The notes under the pieces were generated by a model. That model was not told the origin of the DNA. It saw nothing but the letters and a program-made list of their open reading frames with translations, and made no database searches. A DNA stretch of 63,241 nucleotides, the filler included, from Perkinsus chesapeaki ATCC PRA-425 (lineage: Eukaryota > Protista > Perkinsozoa): the NCBI GenBank assembly GCA_013115145.1. It is 6 parts of 6 records of this genome, joined end to end, with 100 filler letters (N's around TTAATTAATTAA, not from the genome) between each part and the next. Parts side by side here need not be neighbours in the genome. Positions count along the whole stretch, not along the records: positions 21,655 to 37,809 come from JAAPAO010000710.1; positions 37,910 to 53,704 come from JAAPAO010000720.1; 4 more parts are not named here. One strand, given 5' to 3'. A program made the translations under genes and the position numbers. Below are positions 26,092 to 38,927 of this stretch, piece after piece (position 1 is the stretch's first letter; every line of letters begins with the position of its first letter).

Positions 26092-29000
26092 ATGGTGGAG
26101 TCGGATGGCTGTGTGTCGTTATTAGTTTTTCTTATGTTATCACCACAGCCTAATAAGCAATGGTATGATGAAGTTGAACGTCGTATAACTCGAGCACTGC
26201 GGGCTAGTAGGGAGGTAACACCAAAGAGGCTCAATAGCAGCAGCAGGTCCAAGAGGCGACCTGGAAAGGTACTGGGAGGAATCGGATGCGTGGTAGTGCC
26301 TGTCAGAAGGCTCAGGGAGAAAAAGGCTGCTTGGTTACACCGGCCAACCTCGGCGAGTTGGCAGCCCTAAGAGCTAGGTTGCGAAATGCAGTTAAGATCC
26401 TCGATACCAAGTAGCACTGGTATTGGAATAGTGTTAAGGCGTCTAATAGGTTTACAGTGCCATGGGAGGAGCCACACCAAGGAGGACATCACGTTCAGGT
26501 ATCGAACCTTAGTTCAGCAGCCTGCTGTCCTTCACAACAGTCTGTTAGGCTGCTGCGTCGATAGAGATGCTCAAAGCGGCTCTGGCTGAGGATGATTCTC
26601 AAGCTGCTTCGCTGCCCACTCCGAATGGTATGCTTTACTAAAGTCACAGTTGTAGTTATTATTCAGAGAGCCCCTCGGTGACACCTGTTGAGCCGGCGTC
26701 GGCTTCTCCTGACTCGGCCGTGTCAGAGTCAACCGACAGCGAACGGATTATACCAACGCTCGGCCGCCATGGTGGCTCTGCTGGTAGTATCGTCAGCCAC
26801 GGCCTCGGCTTTCAAATAGAGCTTAGGCGCTCCTCTAGTCAACACAGTAATCTTCGACGACTCCGATGACACTACGCCCGATGAGTCCTTCGTCAGTGCG
26901 CCGGTCTCCCCTCGAGGATCCGCAGTGGATGACGTCAGTTCGACACTCGAAGGTGATCCTCTGGGTCGGCGAATACTAAACGCTTTATAAGATACGCTCT
27001 CCCGCAGCGGTTCAGTTACGAGCTTCTCAGCACGTGGTAAAAGCATAACTGGACTTCACGTAAGAGCCTTTACCCGAATAATAGGATTGCCAACCGCAAT
27101 AGGTCCGAGAGAGACTGAAGACTTTGTTCAGTAAAGATCGTCGTGGCTCTAGCTCGAGTGGTCCTGATCATACTGCAGCCGTGATTCCTGTGGCGCCCCT
27201 CCTCACCAGCATACCCTTTTCGAGGACAACTTGCGTAGGGGTGGTGGCGTGTCCTTCCTTTTACCTTCGCTTACATACTAGGTACTATTATTGAGCGAGA
27301 TGACCCTTCCTTTGGACTGTGTTGTATCTCAACTAGCTGTATGCGGCAAAACCGGTGATATTGCTGCTGGTAGTAGTAAGGTTGGTTACCGATAGCCGGT
27401 AGGGGAGCTAGTATCTCCTCCAGCCCTTAATGCTGTCATAGTTGTCGGGAGCTCCTTATGTGGATAGCATTCTATCATATGCTTCGTGTTTACTAAAACA
27501 ATGTGGTGAAGTGGGTGTTGATATCTTCGAATTTGTGAAGTAGTTAGATCTCTCTTAAGGCCAGAAAGATGCTGTGAAACTGACAGTAGTCCATCATCCG
27601 GTCTTTCCAGAAATATGGATCTAGCTCATACTTATACAGTGGTCGATGGTAATGCTCTCATTACCGTCCTCTTCCTTAGGATGCATCAATGGTGAGATAT
27701 ATCTCTGGACTAGAGTATATGGTTCGGTGTACACTAAGAACGCTGAGGTTGTCCTCAAAGGTATCATAACTATCACATCGCAATAACAGGCTGCTGCTGT
27801 TGTCGGCAGGTCATGTTGACAGTATCTCCCATTTGCACTGGACCTGCCGAGGGGAGCTCATCACATGCTCACTGGATGCCTCAACTCGTATTTGGTTGCC
27901 AAGAGAATCTAAGCTACCAGTTTCAACCCTGCATCATTATGCCTTCAAATCTGCCGGGTCCGATTCCCAAATTATCCCGACCTTTGCGAGTAAGGTCGAC
28001 AGTGCCCTCCAGATAGGCATCCTGTTCACAGGTACGGCCCCAGTCCCTAAAGGCTCTAGCAAGCTCCTACTTATGATAGCATGCTCTGATGGGACGATAG
28101 AGATGTGATGCTCACTACTGCGGTCCTGTATGGCTGACTATGGTGGTGTTGGTGGTTTAGTTACTCCGTCCCTGAGGAACTACGAAAGTCGCCCTATCTT
28201 AGACATCGGGTCAAGATAGAACAGATGGCGACTTGTGTCGCGCTGTCCCCAGATGGTAATATAATATTCACAAACATGTTCACTTTAGTGTTGCTGCTGC
28301 TGGCAGGCATGCAAATAGCTGTCGGCTCGGCAGTTGGTACTGTCTCGTTATTTATTATGAAGTCCCTCCGCGGCGAGGGTGTCATTGATTGTCGTAATAA
28401 AGCCGGTAAGCTCCGCAGTGGGCGCAAAGTCACCTCAATACAGTGGGAGCCATCTGGACAGAGGTAAGGCGAGAAGTGGTGCAGCAGTGATGGACCAATC
28501 AGGTTGCTTGTGTGCTGCGGAGATTCCCGGGTCAGAATCGTCCATCTTAGAGATCTGTCCAAACGCAGCAAATTCAAGTCGTCCCTTTATTACACCAATC
28601 AGAGCATGATGCTCATGGCTGTCTGGCCGTCGGGAACCAGGAAGCGGGTGCTCTCAGTGGGGGAGTCCGGATGGTAGGTTCCACCTTTCGGTGCTGCTGC
28701 TGCTGGTGACGTTGGATGTTCTCGTAAGGTTTTGTGGGTGGCAAGTGGACTATTCTGCCAAGGATACCAACACAGTCCCCCTGGTTTCATATCTATTAGA
28801 TGGAATAGGTCAGCAGCAGCAGCGTGAGGCCCTCTTGGCTGCCGATGGGGTGTGCTATCAGGTAGACGCCAAACTGAGAAGAATGGCACACTTACTCCAC
28901 CAGAGATCCGTCCAACTACTGGTTCAACTACTTCTCAACCCCTCTCATCGCCACGTCACGTCACAGGGTCCCAGTCTGGTCCTTCCTCCTGTACAGCATC

Positions 29001-29314
29001 TTATATATGTACCCCTCCTCCATATGACCAAACCATGTCACTCGCCATGCTCTTCAGGTCCTATAGGTGAATCCTTGTCCGGTCATCCCTTGGTTGACAC
29101 TGTATTCGGCAGGGTCGGCCAGACCGCCCAGAGTAGCCACCCGCTGGTCGAGAGCTTTGGTAGCTCTTTCTCCTCAGATTTCTCCCTCATTACCGTCGCG
29201 ACGTCTAATGGTTATATCCGACTCTGTCTCGATCTTACCTCGTCCGAATGGCAGCACCATCGAGCACTGCCGACCTTGCCGATGGGCCAGAGTGCTAGCC
29301 ACGTATTTCGATGA
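26092..29314 (+). CDS. WD40-repeat protein, WDR44-like (multi-exon)
   Basis: Ser/Pro-rich N-terminal exons, then WD repeats: HVDSISHLHW..LITCSLDASTRIW, ATCVALSPDG, GRKVTSIQW, LLVCCGDSRVRIVHLRDLS..KFK (resembles the WDR44 SNDSRIRL..KYK segment). Confidence 0.7.
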
Positions 29315-29647
29315 GCCCATTACACCGGGAGCGCTGCTCCCCATAGATTCTGTATGATCCAGTGATTCTTATGAAGAATTTTTGACGTCATGATTTGTCT
29401 TATTGAATCAATTGATTTTGCCTCTCTCGACCGTGTTCGAATGCATGCTCCTCCTCTACCGCTCTCCGCTCTCCTATTCCCCACTGTGAGGCTCGTACCA
29501 AGGGGGAGCTGGAGCATAACCTAGCGACGGCGCTACTGACCAACGAGATAGAAGCTTCATTTTTCGTCTTCTCGCCAACAAGTCATATTGTTGCGTTGGA
29601 AGTACTCTAGGGTCTATCAGTTCCTGATTTCCTCCATCACCAACTAA

Positions 29648-30504
29648 ATGTCTGCTACTACCACTACCACCACTACCGACACCATCACGCCCTCCGCAGG
29701 CATAGATACCTATGACTACCACAAGAAGACTGGTGACTTCCTCAGGGACACTGAACTTCGTTATCTCGCTTTTGCTCAGCGGGTTCTCCGTGTTGTAAGT
29801 TTTAGCGAGTCCATAGAGTGACAGCACCCTTGTCGATTCTCAGGTAGCTCCTTCGGCTAAGCATGTCAGATATCTCGCTTTCACTTCTGATGTTGGGGAG
29901 GCCTTCCGTCCCGTCGTGCCTAAATGGCTCGTCAACTTCTCCTATGCTACCACAGTTGGATATATCTTCGTGAGCACCATCTGCCTTGGTTATCTCGGAA
30001 TTATGCTTAGGGTGATATCGGCTACTCTACCTGGTTGGAGTATAAGCGCACCAAGGACCTAGCTGATCAGAAGATCAGGGTGTGGACGGCGGCAGCCAAG
30101 GCGACTACCTTCCAGATGGTTGCCAGTCTCGCACTTCCCTTTGCCATTATGTAGGCCAGTTGAGTCTCCTATGGTGAATGTATTATCTCTTTAGTCACTC
30201 CACTGTCCACTACTCTGGTGTGGTGCTCCGCCGTTTGGCTCCTAAGAATGCCAGGCTTCTTCAGCTCGGACCCACAATGATCGGTCTCGCAATCGTTCCA
30301 TGTAAGCCGGACTTCTCGTTGCTGTTGGGTTTAATATCCTTCTCAGTCTTACCAGTGGTGTGCGATAAGCCTATCGAGCACGGTGTTGACCTCATCTTCG
30401 AAAAATGGGGCCCTAAGATCGCCAGTGAGGAGGCCGCTACCAACGCCACCACCACCTCCACTGCTGCTGCTGCTGCTTCCGACGAGAAGGCGAAGCAGGA
30501 GTAA
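29648..30504 (+). CDS. MTFP1: Mitochondrial fission process protein 1 (MTP18 family), multi-exon
   Basis: DTELRYLAFAQRVLRV / VRYLAFTSDVGEAFRPVVPKWLVNFSY, FQMVASLALP and VVCDKPIEHGVD. Confidence 0.85.
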
Positions 30505-30641
30505 GAACATCTATTGCTGCACAAACAATGTCTCATTATCGTTACTGTGTATAAATGTTAAGACATCCACCCTTTTTACACTCTTTAACGTGACTTGTGT
30601 TCGCCCGAGTAAATGCGTCATCGGAGATAGCAGCACCATTA

Positions 30642-32870
30642 ATGCATTGGAACTGCAACGCTGGTCCTGTTCCGGGAGCCACGTTTTCCCAAACTCCGTC
30701 CCAAGTGGCGGGGGGCATGGCGGCTCCAGCTGGGGGGCCTTCAGCTGCGGAAGTCGCTGTGCTTCGGGGTAAGATACAAAGCATGGAGCAGGAGATGCAG
30801 TCATTGAGAGCTCAGAGGGATGGTGCAAGAACGGTGGAGGTACAGGCCTGAATCTCATTGGCCATCGAACGGGCTTGGCCAGGTTGAGAACGAGCGTTTG
30901 AGGAACCAAATAATATCCCTACAGAAGGCGTCAGAAAAGGAGAGGGCAGATTTACTAGACCTCAAACGGAAGGCCATGGCCGCTGGTGGAGTTCTATCGG
31001 CCATCTTTTGCACATCTGTTCTCTCAGGGTCATCCATTCAGCCACCTCCGCCACAGTCCCAGCTGCATGGCTCGGCCACCTACATACAGGCCAGCCAAGG
31101 AGTTATGCCACCGCCGAGGGGTGTGTCGCCTAGAGGACACCATCAACAGCACCAGCAGCAGCAGCAGTACTCTCAATTCCCGGCATCAGCTCCGTATAAT
31201 TTGCCTGGGGATGGGCTCCCTGTCTGTGGCAGCCAATGCCAGCCGGAGAGGCCTCCACCGCCAACTGTAAGTCTTGCTGGCAGCCAAGAGGGTCTAGTAA
31301 CTCTTTCAGCACACATCTCCGATACCCAGTTCGTCACAGAGGCAGTTGAGCCGTCACGCCACTAGTGGAGCTCCGACGCGGAGTGTGAAGCCCTCGAGGA
31401 CTGTCTCTGAGGCATCGATGAGACAAGTACCACCAATCAGCGAGCGAAAGGTTATTACTGCTCATCGACGAAAACAGGAACTTTCAAGCTTCAGATGCGG
31501 TTTATAGAACGAGCTGTTATCGCCTTGCATGACTGTAGAAGGAAGTGCTTTCAAGAAGGCATTCGAGGCGGCACTAAAACAGAGAAGCTCCAAACTCTTT
31601 TGCACATGCTGCAGCGAGGCGACACTTCCGTTCGCATTGATGCCGATTGCCAAGCCGAGATCCTAAGTCTCGGTAACCATGCCCGACAGTTTCTGGAGTG
31701 TCTAGCACTGCTCGTACCGGTGGACGGTGAACTGCTTGGAGAGCTCCCTGTGATGATGCTAACTGGCTCATTGGGCCACAGGCCGGAGGCGATCGATAAA
31801 GTAGCGAAGAAACTCATTGAGGACGGTGACGGTCAATTGTTCTTCGATCCTTTGCGGTCTGGCAGCGATGCCGAAAAAGTCGATATCCTCCGGCTCCTGT
31901 GCCGAGTGCTGAGGGGAGCCAAGATGGCGTCGGTGGTAGAGGCTATGAAGAAGGAAGCAGACTCCAGGCATAGCCTTCTCACGCTCGGTGAGCTTTCGGA
32001 ACCATCCCTGCTGGTCATGGCTCTGTCTTATTGGTAGTATCCGAGCTGATCGATCCAGCGGAGGCTGTTTTGCCTTCAACGACTGCTCTGCATGTTCTCT
32101 ACTTTTTTGGATCTATGGCTGCTGAGGATAGCATCGAGTATGTTATGTCGGCGAGGGTGAGCGGCACTCGGTAAGCTCACACCTATAACTCTTAGTCTAG
32201 TCCAGCTCTCCCGGTGGCGGGACGCGGCCCAATATCGCCTGCAGAGTCAGTGTACTTGCGCTCCAACTGTCTTTGCAGGAAATGGAATTCAGGTGATCAG
32301 TTAAAGTTTGATAACTAGGAAAGGCTCTCTTGCAGGACATTATGCCATCCACCCGGCTCAGGCGTGTACCAGGAGTATCGGGCAGCGGCGTCATTGCGGA
32401 TAGATCTACTCAAAGCTTCCATTCATCTGGTTTGAACTGTGATCGAGTCTTTAGACTTCCACCGTTGTCTCTTCAGTTATCATCTCTTGCTGCTGCCTGT
32501 CTCCAAAAGCGTGCATCGTATACTAAAGGAGAGATCCCAGCAGAATGCAAAGCCGACTGTAAAGGTACGTCGTATACCCTTACATCTCGGAGTCGCCAGG
32601 CGCCAGGGTAGCCAGCAGTTGCATACTCTCGTAGCGGTTTAAGAGGGTTCAAAGTTCAGAGCTCGACGGGTGGCACGTTTTAGAATTTCCGATTTCAGGC
32701 ACATCGGGGACTCGATGTGATTGCTTGGCTTCATATTTCGGCAAGTACCGTTGGGTGGTCATATCCCTTCTCTCCGCTTTAAGGCTCATTGCAAAAGATC
32801 CTCTCGGCCACAGCGAGCCTGTTTGCATGTTCACGAGTGTGATAAAGTAAGATGGGGCATACTGTGTGGC
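30642..32870 (+). CDS. Hypothetical coiled-coil/Pro-Gln-rich multi-exon protein
   Basis: Coding-like exons with GT-AG boundaries (EVAVLRGKIQSMEQEMQSLR; ORF 31495-32037). No recognisable domain; 3' end uncertain. Confidence 0.45.
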
Positions 32871-32923
32871 GTCATCCTCGACCTCGTCGTGGCCGTGATT
32901 TACGGAATTTGAGGCCGTTGCGT

Positions 32924-32995
32924 GGTTCTATGGTGTAACGGTTAGCACTCCAGACTCTGAATCTGGCGATCTGGGTTCAAATCCCGGTAGAACCT
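32924..32995 (+). tRNA. tRNA-Gln(CTG)
   Basis: GGTTCTA/TAGAACC acceptor, CCAGA-CTCTGAA-TCTGG anticodon arm, CTGGG-TTCAAAT-CCCGG T-arm. Confidence 0.95.
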
Positions 32996-33341
32996 TTGTT
33001 AAATTCCAACAAGATAGTTTGCGTGTCCCCATTTGCTATCTTCTCTTCTCTCCAGGGACGATCTAGAGAAGGATTTGAAACTTATAAAGGAGTGGCTGCG
33101 CAGCAATGGAGACTATGAATTAGACACGAATCTCACTCTAGGCTATGCTGTTGATAGAAAAGGCGGCTGACCACCACGTTCCTCGGCTTCAAATTCTCAG
33201 CAGTGTTGTGTTTCAGTCAACCTTTTGTGTGATGATGACCAATGCACTTACACACCCGAAATATTTACTATAAACAAAAACGCGGGAAAGATTCCTCAGA
33301 GAGGCAATGCTAGAAACTCAGTTTTTATGACGGAACAACTT

Positions 33342-34429
33342 TTACTCCTTCATAGCAGTCTGGATCTCATCCCACACCTACAGCAACGGCAACAATCGAT
33401 AGGGAATACTTTCCTGCATGGATACCTTCTCCATGTCCTGATTGGCGTTCACGTGCTTGACAACACCGGTGGGAGCGTAGTGGGCGACGATAGGCTCAGT
33501 TTGAGAGTGGTAGGCGGAGAGTCTGAAAATGACGGAATAAAGCACGTGACGTCTACTGTGACGAACCTAGTCTTGAGAGCCTCAGCGGTGTCATCGGGAC
33601 GCTGGATGAGAGGCTCGCCAGTCACGTCATCAAGCATGTTGCTAGAGTTGGGAGTGGCACCAGCAGGGAGAGACTTCGGGGGGTTGAACCTACACACCAT
33701 GTCTCAGTCATTAACATATACTATGCTGCTTAATACGTACTTGACATGATAAGAGCGCCCACTAGGCTTGTGGATCCATCGGCCACAAATCCTCTCTTCG
33801 AGGACAGAGTCGGGCAAATCGAGAACGATAACCTAAGTAAATCGTCTCAGCCTAGCCCTGCCGCTGCAATTGCAGCGCATCTCAGGCGGGTTGGCTAACT
33901 GCCTTCACGGCACTACCTTGGTGACGTGCTCTCCGTTCTGTGAAAGCATGGAGTCGAGAGCAGTGGCCTGCTCAACGGTACGCGGGAAACCATCAAGAAT
34001 GAAACCCCAACCAGCATCCATCTCCTGGATCCTGAGCAACATCTCGTGGTTACGAACAATGTCACGAGCGGGGCTCAAGCAGTACCTGTCCTTGATAATT
34101 CCGATGACGATGTCGTCACTGACGAGTTCGCCCCGGGCCATCACGTCCTTGGCTTTAAGGCCGATGGGAGTCTCGGCGGCCACGGCGGCACGCAGCATAT
34201 CACCGGTCGAGAGCTGAGGGATCTTGTAAGCTGAAAGAGAAAACTATTTAATGAAGCAACCGAGTGACATGTCAACGATTAATGCACGCTTAGATGAGCT
34301 CCCCTTTATATTACTTTCCTCCATCTTGGGTCCCTGTGTACCCTTACCGGCACCCGGGGGTCCGAAGAGGATAACTATTTTCCTCCACTGTTTGGGGAGC
34401 TGGTCGGCGCCACGGAGATTGGAAGACAT
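33342..34429 (-). CDS. adk: Adenylate kinase (long-LID type), multi-exon
   Basis: [14 protein letters not shown]-loop, [44 protein letters not shown] and [10 protein letters not shown]. Confidence 0.93.
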
Positions 34430-35170
34430 ATCTATCGATTTAAAGAAGAAAACTGAGCTCGACCATTCGAGGCTCCATTCCGCGAGCCATGACATCTCTA
34501 CCTAGTAGGTGCCACCTACCAACGCTTACGCGTCGACTACAGCCAGTGAAAGATGAGTCAAAAGCAAAGTGCTATTTCGCGCATACGTACAAGAAATGAA
34601 TGGCCCTCGACTTAGTCTACGGAATGTTGGTAAAATGTTGAAAAACTTGGGTATGTGTAAAGGAACAGTCTTCTTGAAGGCGGCTAGCATATCATTAGCA
34701 TTGTCAATTCAAAGCTAAATGGAGTGCTTAGTGGACTAAGTGGACATTAGGGGCGATGAAACACCTTAGAGACGGCGGCTTCACTAGCATTTAACGACTG
34801 GTTACTAACCAGTTCGTGCTCTATACCTGAGACATGGCGTAGTTTATGTGTCATACTCAGGATGTATTGTATTTCGCTATGGCTGAACGAATGAGGGTCC
34901 GGGCGTGCGCGAAGTCATGCCCGCATTCGGCATTCAACTTCGCTTCGCTCAGCGCGTTTACGTCCGCCCATATCTCATCCGCTCTGCTATCTCTTATATC
35001 ATACTGAATTCGCTGGGGTTATGACCGTTAGTTCCTCCGTCATTAAGGAGGAACCGCACTTTAATAGTTTCAAAAGTCATTATAGTTTTTTCATATTGTG
35101 TTTAGTCTGGCCACGATGTACCTTACTTGGAACGCAACTGTGAGTGGTTAACGGTTATTAACAAGTACAA

Positions 35171-37809
35171 TCACAAAAAGTGGTAAATTGCCTTAGCTAT
35201 AAAGAATACAACAATCATGCACATCACAATCATCCACAGTTCCGTGGTTATAGTCCAAGTTTCCAAACCAGAATCAGTGCTCGTGACCGTAGTTGACATG
35301 CCAGACCAAGTTTGATTAACAGTTTTAGTCGGTGCAGATTGTGTACGGAGTCTTATACGCTCGCTCTTTCTCGGCTCTGTAGTCGAGGTTTGTACATCCG
35401 AAACGACATTGCTAGCAATAGTTGACGTACCTGACAAAGTATGATGAACACCCTGCGGGATTGCAGATTGCGTAGTGTACTCACTCGGCCACGGCTTTGT
35501 AGTAGTAGTCGAACTGTCCGATACAGAAACAGTACTGGTAGCAGTAGCTGACTCGCCATCCCGAGTACGGTGCACATCCCTACTTGAAGGTAACGTTCTG
35601 TGCCCACTCATCCACGGGTCCGTGGTAGTAGCAGAGGTTTCCAGGCTAGAAATGGTCCTACCGACAGTACTTGGTGAACTAAGCCCACCACGATCAACTG
35701 CGTTAAAGGTTTTGGACATTGAAGTATAGCCGGTCGTCGACAGCTCCGTGGTTGTAGTGGATTTCTCCGAACCAGCACTAGTGCCTATCGTTGATGTCTC
35801 AAACTCAGCACGGGTTGCAACGTCAGCGGGTGTAGGAGTAGTATAATCACTCATCCAAGACTCCGTCGTGGTGACCGAGGAGAAGGTACTGGTACTAGTC
35901 GAGGTGCCCGATTCAGAAATGATATTGGAGATCGTAGTTGACGTGCGAGACAAAATGCGATCCGCAGCTCTGGTGGCTGTAGGTTGTGTAATATATTCGT
36001 GTATCCCCGGCTTTTTGGTAGTAGTCAAAGTATCCATGTGAGACATGGTACTGGTGGCAGCAGCTGCTGTGCCATCTCGGATACCGTGCGTAGCTTTGGT
36101 AGCTGAATACAATGCAGTGTACCCTCTCATCCACGGGTCCGTGGTAGTAGTAGTGAAGGTGTCCGACATAGAAATCGTACTGGTAACGGTAATCGACGTA
36201 CTAGGCCATGTACGATCCACCGCGACAATGGTTGTAGATAGCGGAGTATACTTTGTCGTCAAGGGTTCCGTGGTTGGAGTCGAGGCATCCAAATCAGAAT
36301 CAGTACTGGTGAGAGTAGCTGATGCGCTAGGCTCAGTACGAGCCGTAGCTTCGGTGGCTGTGGAAAGAGTAGTGTATTCAGTTGGCCGAGCCTCAATTCT
36401 AGTAATCGTAGAAATAGCACTGGTACCAGTCGAGATGTCCGACTCGGGGATGATGCTGCCGGGAGCAGTTGAAGGCCTGGGCTCAATACGACCCACAGGT
36501 TCGGTTGTTGTATATAGCGTACTATATTTGCTCAACCACGGTTCCTCGGTCATAGTTGAGGTCTCGAAATCCGAACCAGCACTAATGCCTGTAGTTGTTG
36601 TGTTAAAATCAGTACGGTTCACATCGTCGACGGCTGAAGAAGGAGTAGTATACCCAGTCGCCCAAAGCTCCTCCGTAGTAGCCGTGGAGATTATACTACT
36701 ACTCGAAGGAGTGGTTTTAGAAATGATACTGGTGGCAGTAGTTGGCGTGCCAAACCAAGCACGATCGGCGAGTGCGATGGTTGGGTGTAGCGTAGTACTC
36801 TCACTAGTCCATGGCTCCGTGGTTGCGATCGAGGTGCCCAATACAGTAATGGAGCTGGTAGCAGTAGTTGACTGGCCTTGTCGGGTGCGATGCATAGCCT
36901 TGGTGGCTGAATATAATGTAGTGTATCCTCTCATCCACTGGTCCATGATATTAGAAGAGGTGTCCAAACCAAAAGTGCCACTGGCGAACGTATCGCTTGT
37001 CATCAATGATTCTGTGGTTGTACTCGACGTCTCCAAACCTGAACCGGCACTGGTGAGAGAAGTTGATGTGCTTGGCTCAGTGGGATCCACACCATCGGTG
37101 ACTGTTGATACTGGGGCATACTCGCTCGTCCATAGCTTCGTAGTTGTGGTCGAGGTCACCAAGTCAGTTTCAGCCCTGGTGGCAGTAGTCGATGCGCTAG
37201 CCGAAGGATCATATATACCTTTCTTGGCGGATGATATTGTAGTATACTCGGGCGTCCACATTTCGGTTGTGGTCAAGGTCTCCAAATCGGCATCAGTACT
37301 GGTGGCGGTTGTTAATGTGTGAGACTCACTGTGATCCACATCTTCGTCGGTTGTAGAAAGTGTAGTATACTCAATCGACGAAGGCTCCGTCACAGTAGTC
37401 GAGGAAATAGCACTGGTACCAGTAGAGCTCTCCGAGTCAGCAATGGCACTGGCGACAGTAGGTGATGTACCCGACCAACCATGATCGATGACTTCGGTGT
37501 TTGTGGGTAGCGTAGTATACTCCGTCGTCCACCGTTCAGCGGTTGTAGTCGAGGTCTCCAAATCAGAACCAGAATTAGTGATTGTAGCTGATGTGGTAGA
37601 GACGGTACGTTCCACAGCTTCGGTGCCTGCTGATAATGTAGTATACTCGATCGTCCACATTTCAGTAGTTGTAGTCGAGGTCTCCAGATCGGCATCAGTA
37701 CTGGTGGCAGTTGTTGATGTGCGAGGCTCACTACCATCCACATACTCGTCGGCTGTAGAGAGTGTAGTATACTCAGTCGGCGAAGGCTCCGTCACAATAG
37801 TCGAAGAAA
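35171..37809 (-). CDS. Thr/Ser-rich mucin-like repeat membrane protein (5'-truncated by gap)
   Basis: ORF of more than 870 aa open up to the gap, ~41-50-aa repeats with core TTTE.W..EYTT, and a C-terminal hydrophobic segment LWMIVMCMIVVFFIAKAIYHFL. Confidence 0.75.
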
Positions 37810-37909
37810 NNNNNNNNNNNNNNNNNNNNNNNNNNNNNNNNNNNNNNNNNNNNTTAATTAATTAANNNNNNNNNNNNNNNNNNNNNNNNNNNNNNNNNNN
37901 NNNNNNNNN
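37810..37909. other. Assembly gap with artificial six-frame-stop linker
   Basis: N44-TTAATTAATTAA-N44. Confidence 0.97.
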
Positions 37910-37985
37910 CCTCGTCTCGCTCCGTCTACAGCTGACGACATCTTTGTCCCCGTTCACAATCACGACCCTATACTACCCTCACAGC

Positions 37986-38041
37986 GCGACTAGAATGTTG
38001 CACGCGTGCACAAAGCGCGGGTTCGAACCCTGGTGACAGCA
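37986..38041 (+). pseudogene. tRNA-Ser(AGA)-like 3' relic (5' half missing)
   Basis: GCGAC-TAGAAT-GTTGC anticodon-like arm, long variable region, GCGGG-TTCGAAC-CCTGG T-arm/B-box and TGACAGCA end. Confidence 0.45.
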
Positions 38042-38068
38042 ACATGCTCTGCAAGTGTGACAATGCGC

Positions 38069-38214
38069 CGCATTGGTGTTATAACATACCGCATTGAATG
38101 CGGTATGTTATAACAGTGTTATCATAACACCAATGCGTACACAGGCTTGACATGCTTCGATCCAAGTTGGATATCCGAGGTAGGGTTGGATCATCCAACC
38201 TTACTCCGGATATC
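38069..38214. repeat. Two adjacent long inverted repeats (hairpins)
   Basis: Perfect 19-bp arms at 38077-38095/38097-38115 with a 1-nt loop, inside an outer 14-bp IR (38069-38082/38124-38137); a second 21-nt near-perfect IR at 38170-38190/38194-38214. Confidence 0.9.
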
Positions 38215-38334
38215 TGTGCTCTGTGAATGAGCAGGAGCAATGCTGGAGAGTCTCAGGATGTTCAGCCAGGACCTGGCAAGCCCTGGAAGGACCTGTTGCA
38301 CAGTTGCAATTTGTAAAGTATTTATATCATCTTC

Positions 38335-38490
38335 ATACAGTATCATATCGTACAGTACTGAATCGTACAGTGTCCTGGACACTGTGTCCACACATAGTGT
38401 TATTTCGTACAGCACAATCGAATACAGTGTCAATTCGTACAAGGCTAATTCGTACAGTTACGGTTGATACAGTGCCAACTCGGTATAGTG
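38335..38490. repeat. Degenerate ~15-bp tandem repeat with core TCGTACAG
   Basis: Recurring tcgtacag/gatacag/aatacag cores at ~15-nt period. Confidence 0.75.
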
Positions 38491-38927
38491 ACACCACTTC
38501 GATTTTACCTTAATGAGGCATCCACGTTTTTAAGCACTAGAACGAGTTCAGGATCTGAATTTTGTGGATCACCATTTAATACTACTGGTATTGACGGTGA
38601 CGTGACAGAGCAAACAAAAGGACATATCTAGAGACTTATTATTTGATAAAGGGCCTCGGGACCTGGTGCTTTGAGCATCGTTCTCATACGTCATATACCT
38701 TCCTCGATTTGAGGGGATAAGAGGGGCTAATAACCTGAGCGCATGTTCCTCTCCTCGGCAGCCATTGAGTACCTGAATGACTGTGGTGGCGACCAAGGAC
38801 CGCTGCACTAACCACAACTTGTGGTCCACAAGACTGTGCTGACTATTACAACTTGAAACGCGACCAATGGAGTTGCTCGGCAACTAGTAAAATTGAGTAG
38901 TAAACTTATAACTCACTCTCGCAGCCA

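Noticed and set aside
27144-27200. TAGCTCGAGTGGTC A-box-like sequence
   Set aside because: No B-box at tRNA spacing; it reads as a coding exon of the WD40 gene.
28446-28470. AGCCATCTGG...AG|gt resembling the Perkinsus spliced-leader exon and donor
   Set aside because: Only ~10 nt match, and it is the coding WD40 exon end QWEPSGQR. No full spliced leader or SL RNA gene was found in the window.
841-37743. Long antisense or overlapping ORFs (e.g. 12894-13631, 15759-16868, 36045-37322, 841-1291)
   Set aside because: Shadow frames of real CDSs; the 425-aa Val-rich ORF is simply the antisense of the Thr repeats.
38335-38490. TCGTACAG cores with variable linkers as a CRISPR-like array or a pentapeptide-repeat CDS (LY[DE]xx on the minus strand)
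   Set aside because: The core is too short and degenerate, and there is no gene context for the small ORFs; treated as a satellite.
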